The notes beneath the pieces are model-generated. The model searched no databases. It had not been told where the DNA came from and was given only the letters and a program-made list of their open reading frames with translations. This document shows positions 1 through 12,600 of a stretch of 61,322 nucleotides of DNA, one piece after another. Position numbers and translations under genes: made by a program. How positions within the stretch are numbered: position 1 is the stretch's first letter; each line of letters begins with the position of its first letter. Source of the DNA: Stylophora pistillata (taxonomy: Eukaryota); NCBI RefSeq assembly GCF_002571385.2, contig NW_019217934.1, positions 308,196 to 369,517 of the forward strand. Direction: 5' to 3'.

Positions 1-565
1 GGTGACTTTGGAGGCCGATCACCCCCAGTTACCTTGATCTCCCTCTTGAATTCTGCAAATTCTTTCTTGGCGATGCTATGGAGATTTTTCCACTAGTTTT
101 TTACCTCCGTAACCGTTCGCTTCACTGTTCCGACCACATTTACCACTTGGGTTATTTCTTCCCAGAGCATTTGTTTCTTTTTGTTGGTCACAGCATTCAT
201 TAATTTGGACTGGATTAAGTCCAGATTTTTTTTGACACTATCGATGATGACTTCAATCTCATAAACTGAAAAATTCTGTTTTCTTTTTCAATCTTTCGTT
301 TGGTTTCCATTTCCATGTGCACTCTCACTTTCCGCCATTTTTTCCCTCCAATTTTTTTCATTGTTCACGCGTCGCTGCGTAGCTCCTAATAACCGGTTTC
401 ATTGGTTTAATCTCGGCTTAATCGTGGGATAGTTAATCGAGGGATAAATCTGCTTTCAGGAACGTTATTTTAAACCTAGATTAGCCATCCTTGGGATAAG
501 AAATTTAATCGTCGATTAACCTCTAATCAAGGGATAATTTAATCGGCTTTCGAACAAGCGGGGCC
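1..565 (-). mobile_element. Decayed PIF/Harbinger-type DNA transposon end carrying a Myb/SANT-like (trihelix) accessory ORF, in PSMA6 intron 3
   Basis: Minus-strand translation from ATG 338: MAESESAHGNGNQTKD*KRKQNFSVYEIEVIIDSVKKNLDLIQSKLMNAVTNKKKQMLWEEITQVVNVVGTVKRTVTEVKN*WKNLHSIAKKEFAEFKREIKVTGG. This is a Myb_DNA-bind_5/NAIF1-like pattern with 2 stops. The terminus GGCCCCGCTTGTTCGAAAGCCGATT (minus strand, 565-541) resembles Harbinger TIRs. Confidence 0.75.
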
Positions 566-858
566 AGAGTTTTGGTGTCTCCTTAAATTTTAAGTGTATC
601 TGTAGATGTATAAAGCATAAAGGGGTTTCTTTTAGAATTTTAGTAACAGGAAAATGATAAAAAGTGACAAGAAAAATTTTCTTCTCCATGTCTAAATAAA
701 AAAGAGCTCAATCTATTAAGATTTAGCCAGAGAAGTCTGTGTAGCAGGGTAAAAATTGTCCAAACTCTCATGCAAAATACAAGTAGACCTGGAAAGTACA
801 GTGCCAGGCTTCCTGAAAACATAGAGATATCCAAGTATAAAGTAAGTGATACAAGTAC

Positions 859-1950
<1,092 letters not shown>

Positions 1951-2199
1951 CTAGCATAACCGCGGTAAGACTGGGGCAGATGACTCAGTGTTCCATCACT
2001 CAATCATCTTTCCCGCCGTCACCAAAATCCGAGAAAGTAGATCCTTAACTGAATTTACCAGTTAGGAAACTCTTTAACCAACAAGGAGCATGGTTAAAGA
2101 AATATTCAGTAAGGATTTAAATTCAAGTTAACGAAGGAATAGCTGTCTGAAATTGGAAATATTTACAATAATGCATATACCGCAACATAACAGCCAATG

Positions 2200-3026
2200 T
2201 ATATGTGCACGATCCTTCGCAGTAAAGCACTATTTAAGCAATAGTGAAAATCAGACCTGAAAAAAATTCAGGCCTGTACGGGATTCGAACCACTGACCTC
2301 TGCGATACTAGTGCAGCGCTCTACCAATTGAGCTAACAAGCCAACTGGGAGCAGGCCATCAAATTAATTCGACATAAACCCGTAGATGATAAATCAAACA
2401 ACAAACATATGAAATACATATATATGAACTGCGGTTATGAAACGTATATGTGCACGATCCTTCGCAGTAAAGCACTATTTAAGCAATAGTGAAAATCAGA
2501 CCTGAAAAAAATTCAGGCCTGTACGGGATTCGAACCACTGACCTCTGCGATACTAGTGCAGCGCTCTACCAATTGAGCTAACAAGCCAACTGGGAGCAGG
2601 CCATCAAATTAATTCGACATAAACCCGTAGATGATAAATCAAACAACAAACATATGAAATACATATATATGAACTGCGGTTATGAAACGTATATGTGCAC
2701 GATCCTTCGCAGTAAAGCACTATTTAAGCAATAGTGAAAATCAGACCTGAAAAAAATTCAGACCTGTACGGGATTCGAACCACTGACCTCTGCGATACTA
2801 GTGCAGCGCTCTACCAATTGAGCTAACAGTGGGCTTGTTAGCTCAATTGGTAGAGCGCTGCACTAGTATCGCAGAGGTCAGTGGTTCGAATCCCGTACAG
2901 GCCTGAATTTTTTTCAGGTCTGATTTTCACTATTGCTTAAATAGTGCTTTACTGCGAAGGATCGTGCACATATACGTTTGATAACCGCAGTTCATATATA
3001 TGTATTTCATATGTTTGTTGTTTGAT
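2200..3026. mobile_element. tRNA-containing 245-bp tandem repeat (about 2.6 copies) plus an inverted partial copy; probable non-autonomous retroelement insertion
   Basis: Units start at 2201, 2446 and 2691 and are nearly identical. Inverted arms 2638-2828 and 2836-3026 are separated by a 7-nt loop. Flanks are ATAACAGCCAATG (2187-2199) and ATAATAGCCAATG (3025-3037). Confidence 0.8.
2832..2904 (+). tRNA. tRNA-like cassette (pseudo-tRNA-Thr, AGT anticodon) in the repeat; further copies on the minus strand in each tandem unit
   Basis: GGCTTGT-TA-GCTC AATTGGTA GAGC-G-CTGCA CTAGTAT CGCAG-AGGTC-AGTGG TTCGAAT CCCGT-ACAGGCC-T forms a cloverleaf with A and B boxes, followed closely by a T7 run. Mismatches in the T-stem and anticodon stem argue against a functional tRNA. 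Confidence 0.55.
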
Positions 3027-3613
3027 AATAGCCAATGCCAGTCTCTGGGTGTGAGGTAGGGAAGTTTGACGCCACTAGAAAACTACCGGTTTCTGCTTAT
3101 TTGCCTTTTCGCTTGTCTTCACCGATGGAATAGAAGCGTTGCGTGACGAGACTAAAAACGGCTGCGAGGGAGACTACCGATGGAAGGCCTAGAAGAGGGT
3201 TTCCATTCAACTATCTCGGTTAAAATTGTTCTCGCGTTGAACAGCTGGCGTAATTGAACTGCGAAAACTTACAATAGCTGTTCAATTTTAATCAGTTTGC
3301 AGTGCTTCCCAAAATAGAGTTGTTTTCATTGTGCAGGATTCACAGTGTCAGTCAAATGCTTTATTTTCCCCACTATTTTCCTTCTAGTTGTTGCAGTTTT
3401 GTCCACAATCTTTTCGGTCTGCCGTCTTTGGCAAATTTAGATAGTATAATGATGTTTGGAAGAGGTTTAGCATATATTCACTTAGGCAGGCTAACATTTT
3501 CAAAGTTAATAACTATTGTAGAGAACTGGTACACCATAATGAAACAATATTTAATCAAAAACAATTTATTGAGCTATAAGCAGATGGTAGTTGAAATACA
3601 GTTTGTGAATTAG

Positions 3614-5470
3614 CTACGCTGCCGAGTCAGTAGGTGCGGAAGTCTCGGGATAACTGCTGCTTTCGACGGGCTCCTCAATATACTCTGGTGTACAATTATC
3701 TGGCGAGTTACATTCTTCTTCCACACCATTTGCGCCACCATCAACAGCGATGCCTTCAACTTGCTGGATATCGAGTTGGGTCGGTGGAACGGGTTTCTGT
3801 TGTGTTTGGTTCTTGAATGGATGCTGCTGTCTCCCGGCATGCTGCACGTGCCTCATGTTGTCATCTCGTGAACGTTGCACAGGGCGGGAAACTGAGAAGT
3901 CATGGCGGCGACCAAAGTTAATGGCTCGGTTGATGTATTCACGCGTTTGGTCTTCAGAGTTGCTGTTGGTATAATCATAACCTTGTTGAGAAGAATTAGA
4001 GGACTTCAGAAGATGCTTAAGTTGCACTTCTAGAATACTGCATTCCAACATTTTTTCACGGTACAAATGTTCAGCCATGTTTAGCTGGGTGCGAAAATGC
4101 TGAAGCTGCCTTTGAAACTTCTGATTGGTGACTGCTAGCTGAGTAGCTGCCATGGACATCTGACGCCGTAGCCCTCCATTCTCCCGCAGCACCCGGTTAC
4201 GATGTTTCCTGACTTGTGTGAACTGCTTCTGTAGTGCCTCTTGCTCGATCTCAAGTTCCCTGTATTTTTGTTCCCAGTCTTCTGCCTCCTCCACTCTGTT
4301 CGCCCATGAGTCAGCGGCTTCTTCAGTTTGATCATGATCAGTGGGTACCTTATGAGGAGTTTTGGAGGCTTCTAACTCTTCCTGTAGAGATAATATTTCG
4401 CCTCGTGTAGCCTCCATGCTTTCTTCCATCATCTTGGTGCGACTTAGGAGTTCTTCCTTTTCACCTTCTAAAGAAAGAAGCTTCTTTTCAATTTCTTCCT
4501 TCTCCGCTCTCAAAATTTCATTCTCCGAAATCTTTTTCTCCAAATGATTGTTTGTTTCTTCAAGATGCGCCTTGTCATGTTGGTAAAGTTCTTCTCTTCT
4601 CTGTTTTTCCTCATTTAGTTTCCTTCTCAGTATCAGTATCTCCTCTTCCGCAGTATTCAGTCGTTCAGAAAGAGACGTTTTACAAGCCTGCATTTCTTCA
4701 TTCTCACGCGACACTTTAACAAGCTGTTTCTTGATGTCATCGACACAGCTGTCAGCCTCATTACTTAAGCTTTCGTTCATCTTTTGCTCAAGGTCCAGTT
4801 TCTGTTTGAGCTGCGCCACCTCAGCAGCAGTTTGCTCTTTCAGGGTAGTCAAGTAACTCTGTACTTCATTCAACTCTTGATTCAATTGTGTAACTTCTTC
4901 GTCATGCTTTTCTTCAAGAGCCAAAATTTTTTCTTGTTCCTTGAGTAGTCGCAGATGTATTGCGTTAGTATCCTCCTCGTCTTGGGATCTCAAGTGTTGC
5001 AGTTTTGTGATCTCTTCTAACAGAGCTTTCTTCTCTTCAGTAATCTCAGCAATCACTTCGTTTGCCTCCGTCAGGGCGCGCGTTTTCTCTTGCCCAATCT
5101 TTTGCAGTTCCACAACCGAGTCGTTACTGCGACTCAATTCAATCTTCAACTCATCCACCGTGGCTTGAACTGTTTCAAGAAGATCTTCAACCTTAAGACG
5201 CTTCTCTTTTTCAGCTTTCACACTCGATGTGAGTTCCTCCACGTTCCCATTAGCTGTCTTGAGAGAAGTTTTCAATTTATTCACTTCCTTTTCGGCTTCT
5301 GCCAACAGATCGTTTAAATTGTTTCTCTCAGTTTCCAGCTCACGTAAACTTGTCTCGCTTAACTTTTTAACAAACATCATGCACTCTTGAAGAGCTCCAT
5401 CTTCTACCTCGTAAACTTCTAGAACGTTGTGTTCAACAATAGACATATCTTTTTTCCCTTCGTCTGCCAT
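3614..5470 (-). CDS. Intronless E/K-rich long coiled-coil protein (618 aa from ATG 5470), function unknown
   Basis: Uninterrupted ORF (MADEGKKD...) with heptad-rich composition over about 500 aa and a low-complexity C-terminal tail. No family recognised. Confidence 0.8.
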   Translation of the reverse strand: MADEGKKDMSIVEHNVLEVYEVEDGALQECMMFVKKLSETSLRELETERNNLNDLLAEAEKEVNKLKTSLKTANGNVEELTSSVKAEKEKRLKVEDLLETVQATVDELKIELSRSNDSVVELQKIGQEKTRALTEANEVIAEITEEKKALLEEITKLQHLRSQDEEDTNAIHLRLLKEQEKILALEEKHDEEVTQLNQELNEVQSYLTTLKEQTAAEVAQLKQKLDLEQKMNESLSNEADSCVDDIKKQLVKVSRENEEMQACKTSLSERLNTAEEEILILRRKLNEEKQRREELYQHDKAHLEETNNHLEKKISENEILRAEKEEIEKKLLSLEGEKEELLSRTKMMEESMEATRGEILSLQEELEASKTPHKVPTDHDQTEEAADSWANRVEEAEDWEQKYRELEIEQEALQKQFTQVRKHRNRVLRENGGLRRQMSMAATQLAVTNQKFQRQLQHFRTQLNMAEHLYREKMLECSILEVQLKHLLKSSNSSQQGYDYTNSNSEDQTREYINRAINFGRRHDFSVSRPVQRSRDDNMRHVQHAGRQQHPFKNQTQQKPVPPTQLDIQQVEGIAVDGGANGVEEECNSPDNCTPEYIEEPVESSSYPETSAPTDSAA

Positions 5471-6668
5471 AATTTCTCGAGTCAGTGACAAGAACTCCTC
5501 GCTTTTGATAACGAATCTAACACGTCACAATCGCCAGATACGTCAGTTGAAGTGTTGAGGATCCGCGCACTTTGTAATTATAGTGAATCATTAAGCAATT
5601 AATTCAGAATCATTTCTAGCGGTCCCGCATGTTTCACTACTTTCTTGTTCTTTCTTTCTTTTTGCGTTTTAAGCGTTTGTTTACACGTTCTCACGCATTT
5701 TCCCGTCTAAAAGGCTGCATTTCATATGTTTATTTTGATACTCAAGTAAAGGTCTTGATGTTTCACTTGCCATGGTAAATCGCAAATAAAGTTCCATTCA
5801 TACCATTCAAATTATCGAATTAGTTAAAAATGTATTTTCTATGTGTTCTTTAGAGTTTTGAAAAGGAGTAGAAACATTGTCCCTCCCCATGAAAGAAATG
5901 ACTATTGAACTCCTTCAAGATCCAGAAGAGCTGAAAAAGTGCAAGTGGTTTTTTCCATAATTCCACTTAAGCCCTCGTTTAATAACATTTGTCATATTCC
6001 TAACCTGAGCCAATACACAGCTATTGTCTACAAATCTATTCACATTCTGTTGAAATTTAAGTAATTAAGGATCTCTATAAACTGTTCTTCTCCATAATTA
6101 CATTAAACTTCCCGCTCTGAAGAGTACTGAATTTATACTGGAGAAAGATCAAAGTTTCCTAGATTAAAAATTTTCAGTCTCTTCCTACGTGTCATAAATA
6201 TAAGGTCCTTGGGCCTAATAAATATTACTACTTCCATTTAGTGCTCCATTACCAAGACAAGTATACTCTTCGTGAACCCTCAAAACACGTTCTGTTATCA
6301 ATTACCATGGCCCCCAGATTCTGATGAAACTTTTATCATGTACGCCGTGCCTCTTATTCCACCAATGTTGGATACAGCTCAATATCCAACAATTTTAAAA
6401 CTGCACGAGCTACGATATCTGATGGATAACCGATAATGAACATCAATTAACCTTTAAAACCCTATATTGTTCTGTTGATCCGGGTTCGCACGCAAGCTTC
6501 TGGTAGAGTTTCTCATTTCTCCCTCTGGCAGAATGAATTAGAGGAACTGTTGTTTCTTCCACAGTTGGTTTCTCTTTGGGCCCCTTTTTGAAGTCGATAA
6601 GAGTGAGATCAAGCTGAAGAAAGAGCAATTTCATCCAGATCTTCTTAGCCTAAAACTTGCTCCTGGTC

Positions 6669-9600
6669 TCAGCTGTTGGTGATGTTTGAAGCACGCGCAG
6701 CTTTTACTGTGTTGAGTAACTCAGTGTACGCAGGGATTCGGTTCTCCTCGACGCCCAGTTCTCTGAGCTGTAAGAAAAAGTTTCCAGATTAATAGAGCTG
6801 GGCTGAGTTGGTCAAACCCGACAGCAGAATTTAGACCATATATAAACTTTTACGCTTAGTGTTGGCATTTTGACAAGTAAGCATTTTCAATATCAAATGA
6901 AGTCAAGAGAATATTCTCTTAATGAAGTGCATCAACTTTGTTCCTTACCGCTCGTCCAAACTCTTCTGTGTCGAGAGAGAACTGGAGACGAATCTTGTCG
7001 TCATCACTCATGGGTGATTGACTCTCTTGATTGACAGCTTGGCCACTCGCCCCTGGTCCCGTTTGTTTTCTGGAGCGCTTCAGACGCATCAGACTGTCTT
7101 CAGTGCGTTTAATGGACGTGAGCACATCGCCTGTAATCGCGTGATACCTGGGAAAAATTTCAATCACGGTTATTGCATAACACACTGATTGATTCAGGGC
7201 AAGTATGCAAGATGTGTCAACAATGGAGAGATCCGACAAACATAACAAGAGTACAGGACTAACCGATCCACTGGAGGAATGGAGGCCGGGCATGGAGGCC
7301 GGGCATGGAGGCCGGGCATGGCAGAAACTTGAAGAGTCATAAGGATGGAGGAATCGGGATTTCAATGTACATGACCAGGTTCAGCTCTAACTGATTTTCA
7401 GTACATATTTTCAGTACATATTTTCAGTACATATTTTCAGTACATATTTTCAGTACATATTTTCAGTACATATTTTCAGTACAAATTTTCAGTACATATT
7501 TTTATTCCTGGGAGGAGAGAGGCCCCGTGAGGATAAAGTGTTTTGCGCAAGAAGATAAAACAGCTGGCTAGAACTCGAGCCCAGTTCTCTCGATTAGAAT
7601 TCCAACGCGCTAGTCCTTAGGCCTGCGCGCATCCTGTGGCCAAAGTGATAGGAAACAGATAAATAAACACGCTGCAAGAATTTAGGGTCCAGAATTTCGA
7701 TTTATTAAGTTATACTCAGTGGTTAAATACCATATACTTTGGTTTCATCTTAGAAAGCGACGAAAACAGACGAAGAAACAGCAATAACAGTATGCCAAAA
7801 AGAACAACAAACAAAGGTGAAAAGCGTAAAAATAACTTACTTAACAAGCAGAGTCTGTAAGATTGTCGCTGCCCACGCTTGGCGCTGTTGTTGTTCAATC
7901 AGAGGCTGAGTCTGTACCAGGAACTCACGAACAGGCTTCAGCACACTGCTCACAAATTGAGACGACTTGCTTGGAGCCTGTTGAGAATAAACACAAACCG
8001 GATTTGAATTTCAAAAATTTACGCGGCAAGAAGGGAAGATAAAACCTGGTGGTTTGTTTGAAATATTCGCTTCTAGTGCACTTTTAATTGAATGCGGAGA
8101 GTATTCCGAGGTTGCTTTCTTCTTCTCTGTGATTGGTCTAAACAACTCACGCTAACCTCTAAACCAATCAGACGCAACTTGGCCACTCGCATTTTCCCGC
8201 GTTTCAGGCAGTTTACAAAAGTTCGCATTAAAATCTGATTGACTGCTTGCGATAACCAGCTCTCTTCTGATTGGCTGCAGTGAGAACTTTACTTTTTTGC
8301 TTTTGTTGTTGCGGCGCAAAATCGAATTATGTCATAACTTTCAACATCAGTGTTATTACTAGCTACTTTAAAATCGTGTGAAATGAAGAGGGTTCACCTC
8401 TTTATTGGTCCTCCGATACAACCTGGGGATGTTCTTGACAGCTTCAAGTCCCTGAGAGGCCCTATTTACCACTTGGCTCACAATTTGAGCCTCCAATGTT
8501 GGCACCATCTGTTGAAGGGCCCCACATGACTCCAGGATGGCCTCTGAAAATAGAACAGATAAGAGTAAAGGTGATTGAGTCTCATTGGTTGAGAGAGAAA
8601 GAAGAGGCAATGGTGAAAATTTCTTCCTGTTGTAAAAGAAATTAACAAGTGATTAACTCACCTGACAGGAGCTCTGTGTCTTGAATGTTTGTTTGTCGTA
8701 GCTTTGGTAATATGTCCTGTCTAAAGAACTCTGGCACCTAAAATAACAAATCGGTAAAAAAGTTCCATGACATGTTGAGATCAACTCGTACTTGTTTTCA
8801 TATCGCACTCAAATTTTGAGATTTTTGCTCCAATTAAGTGATCTCCATAGCAAAACAAAACAATGTTTCTTCACAAAGTCCTTGGATTTCTTGGAGGTCT
8901 TTAGAACCTCTCCCACCCCACCAACCCCCTTGACGATCCTGCACTGCGTCTGAAAGCTAACCAGAGAATTCAACTATGTATTAAAGGTGGGGAAGGGGAG
9001 ACATACTCCAATACCACCACGTAAAAAAAACAGTGACGCATGCCAAGACTATTGACAGACCTGGCAGAGTGACTGTTATTAACTCAGAATCAAGTTATGT
9101 TCCAAATTCTGAACTCACCTTTGTCAGAAGAGTGTTTAAATCACTGAGTAAGTGAACTAAGTACAGAGTAGACTCTTCCCCAGGTCCCTGCTTTGTGTCT
9201 CCATCACTAATCTAATAAAATTAAAGAGACTTACCTCAGACACACAACACCTAGTCTGCATAGTGTCAGTCTGAACATGTCATGCAGATAACAAAAGCTG
9301 ATGCATACATATTTACATGTACATCCAACTCTTACCACTGTTACAATTACAGCCTGCCCAAGGCTGTCAATCAATGAAGATGAAACAAAAGATTGGACAA
9401 GCAACATACAGCAGCTGCTGTGCTAAAGGAAGTGGTGACCCCCCTGAAATTTTTGTGCAGCTGATTTTCATTAATTCCCCCTGACTGAGAGCCATGAACA
9501 GGCTTACACAATTATAAACACATTCTGTTCTTTTCATTGCAGTGATACTGTTTCGAACTATTTTTTTTCAGAAAATAAATAAGCAGGAAATGCAACTTTA

Positions 9601-12600
9601 TGAAGCCTTCATCACACATTTCATATCATTACAGACCTAAGAATTGTGTTTTAAATCAAGCAATCTCCCCTAGTTGATATTACTCTCTCTTTTCATTGCC
9701 TATCTGCCTCAAAATGCATGGATACTGTTGGGTTGGGAGAAATTAATTTTAGGTCACTCACTCTTGATGGTAACCAAAAACAAATCTCTCGACCAACAAT
9801 TCACTTACATTGACTGCTTTGAGAGAAGAAATATCTTCTTTGATCCATACAGACAAACGTGAAAGTAGCTAGAGAGGAAGAAAAGGAAACAAAATCTGCA
9901 CAAATTGATCCAACACTTTCTTGCCCCATTAACCCTAAACTTCCAAGATCTGATTGTTAATTCTCTCTTATAGACGTGATACATTTCCACGTAAACTGGT
10001 TTTGAGAATTTGGTGTTAGATCGAGATAACAACAGACTGATAAGTGTGAGTATTCTCATTACCTGTTTTCTGGATAAAGTATGGATATTATAGGGAGAAG
10101 TTACATGTTTTTCACTTCTGGGAGCTAAAGGGTTTATAACTTTTCCATATGAAGCAAGAGACACATGCTGTCTCTGTTGCAGTACAAAGGTAACAGAACT
10201 AAAGTAGTTGGGAAGAAGTGTTGAGATCCAACAAGGAGTTAGCAGGAGAATCACAAACCTACGGCAGAAGGACAAGAAGTGAGAGAAAAGCAAAGAGGAG
10301 TACTCAGGACAATACAAACAGATTGTGCTTTGCCTTTTAGAACCTTACCTGTAGGGTTATCTTCCAAAATCTGTGACAGAGGGCCTGAATGTAAACTGAG
10401 TCTTGCCAACACCTCTCAATGCACCACCACAACACACTCACAGCTGATGTCAAGAATACAGTAGAATCTGAAAGAATATCTGTAATAAGAAGAAATTAAG
10501 TATTTTACCCAACTCACAAAATGACATGTTGACAGCCATAGCATTGACTGTGACAAAGAGATACATCATTCTCTAACATAGACCTCAATTCTTTTTGTAC
10601 CATGATATCATTCACTTTCTTGGTTTTGATAATTTGTAAACAAACTCATAATATGTCCATACAAAAAACTCACAAAATAAAATACAGAACAATTGCCTTC
10701 TTCTTTCTGTCGTATATTTCTTTTAATCAATTACATGAAAATATCAAACTCACATTTAACACCATCAATTTAATGATACTGAAAATTTACTTAATACAAA
10801 GCATTTCTTGTAAATCTGTTAATCAACAACTGGGAAAAACCAATTTTAAACAACTAGTCAATCTTGTCAATTTACTGGTGACAATTAAATGCTTCAAGAT
10901 TTTTTAAAATTTTATGCTTTTTTTATTTGTAACAGTGAAATATATGAGCATTAATCCATCTTTAAGGTTGTGTCAGCTAATCAAAATTGGTTTTTCAAAT
11001 ACTCTTTGTACTTGGTGAACATGTGGGACAAATTGAAAAAAAAGGTTAGGGTCCTCTTAAAAACTGCAGCTTTTTTTAATGCTTTCCTGAGCAAATAATG
11101 TAGAAGAGCTAAGATTTTTCAACTAAAAGAACTACAATGTACCTTTTGCATTGTCTTGTGTCAACTGGAGTGAATTCTCAAACTTCGTAACCATTTCTTG
11201 AAACCTGAAATTACATAAGACAATATTAAAATAAAAGACCTAGGGGCACAAACACTCCTCTTTTCCTACCAGAAAATTTTGGACCGAAAATCATACACTG
11301 CAAAGCAAAAAGTTATACTCACCTGATTTGAAAATAGACTGGCAAACTCCATCTTGCCATAAAAGCTGTAAAGCTGGGATGTGACCGCAGTCTTTGTACA
11401 CTCACTTTAGAACCACACAGACCCTCAAACTTATTGATAAACCATATGGTGGTCATGTATTTCTGCAGCATAAGTTTGATATCACATATAAATTAATTGA
11501 AAGAAGCTTTGTTAAGATGAAAGCATTCCGAGCCACACTACAAAGTAAAAAACAAGCCTGCTATTCAGCCTTACAAATTACTAAAAGGTACATGAACTAT
11601 TACGGAAGTGGTGTGGCTGACTGGGTAGAGCAATGGACTTGTTTCAAGTCCTCCATCCTGCAACTTATTGGATTTGTTTTCAGTTGCCCTAAGTTCAACT
11701 CCTCAGCTGTGCTTTATATATGCCCAACCGGTCTGCCTCTTGCCAGTTGGGACTTTTAAACTCCATGTTAAGTAACAAACTTTACTTGTAATAAGATTGT
11801 ATTGACCCTGAAAAGCCGCACTCAGGGAGTGCTCAATTAATGTTGTTGTTATTATCATTATCTTTATTGTTATCATCAAATATACCTGATGGAACACATC
11901 TGGATTACCAGGGGCAAAGATTGATCCAAACCGTGCCTCAATGAGACCCACTACTTCAGGCCACACAGCATTCACAAGGAAATCAAAGCCTCTAATTCCT
12001 GCTCTCTGCTCACCAAACATCTCCACATCACTGGCAACAAATCTACCAGATGTTATGTTCATCATCTGTGCACAGTGTTTAGGGACAAACTCAAGAACTT
12101 TGTTGTACACATTGTACAGGCCCTGAGATGGATCTGCAGTCAGCATCTTCTCATCAATAACCTACAGAGAAATTATACAACATTAGCTGGCTTACCCATG
12201 TCATAATAAAGTGGTAGATTTGGTGATTTAAGAGTTAGTGCACTAAAGGCTTTAGTTTCAACCTTGACCAAGTTGCTGAGTTGAATTCTCAAGCAAGACA
12301 CTTAGCTGTTCCAGTACTGCTCTCCACAGAAGAGTAAGGGATACAGTGGAACTGCTGCAAACTCTGACTAAAAGGTGGGTGCTAAGCTGTACTGAACTCA
12401 CTCCATTTTCAGTTGGCATAACAGTAACCCTTGTTACTTCATGATAAAGAAAGGTGAACAACCAGGAAAAGCTATAAAAATCCTAGGCGTAACCTAAACC
12501 AGACTAGTATCATGCATGGAATTGTGGCACCCCTTGTTACTTTATGGTACAGAGGGGTGAACTCTCAGGGAACTGTAAGAAATTGCTTGGTGTTAACCTG

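Noticed and set aside
2200-3026. CRISPR array or functional tRNA gene cluster
   Set aside because: Units are identical 245-mers with no unique spacers, the context is eukaryotic, and the tRNA-like part has stem mismatches and sits in a TSD-flanked repeat.
2200-3026. Hammerhead-ribozyme retrozyme
   Set aside because: No CTGANGA...GAAA core found by eye on either strand; a covariance-model search is needed.
3634-5317. Short + strand ORFs opposite the coiled-coil gene, and similar antisense ORFs elsewhere
   Set aside because: Shadow ORFs of real coding sequence or of repeats.
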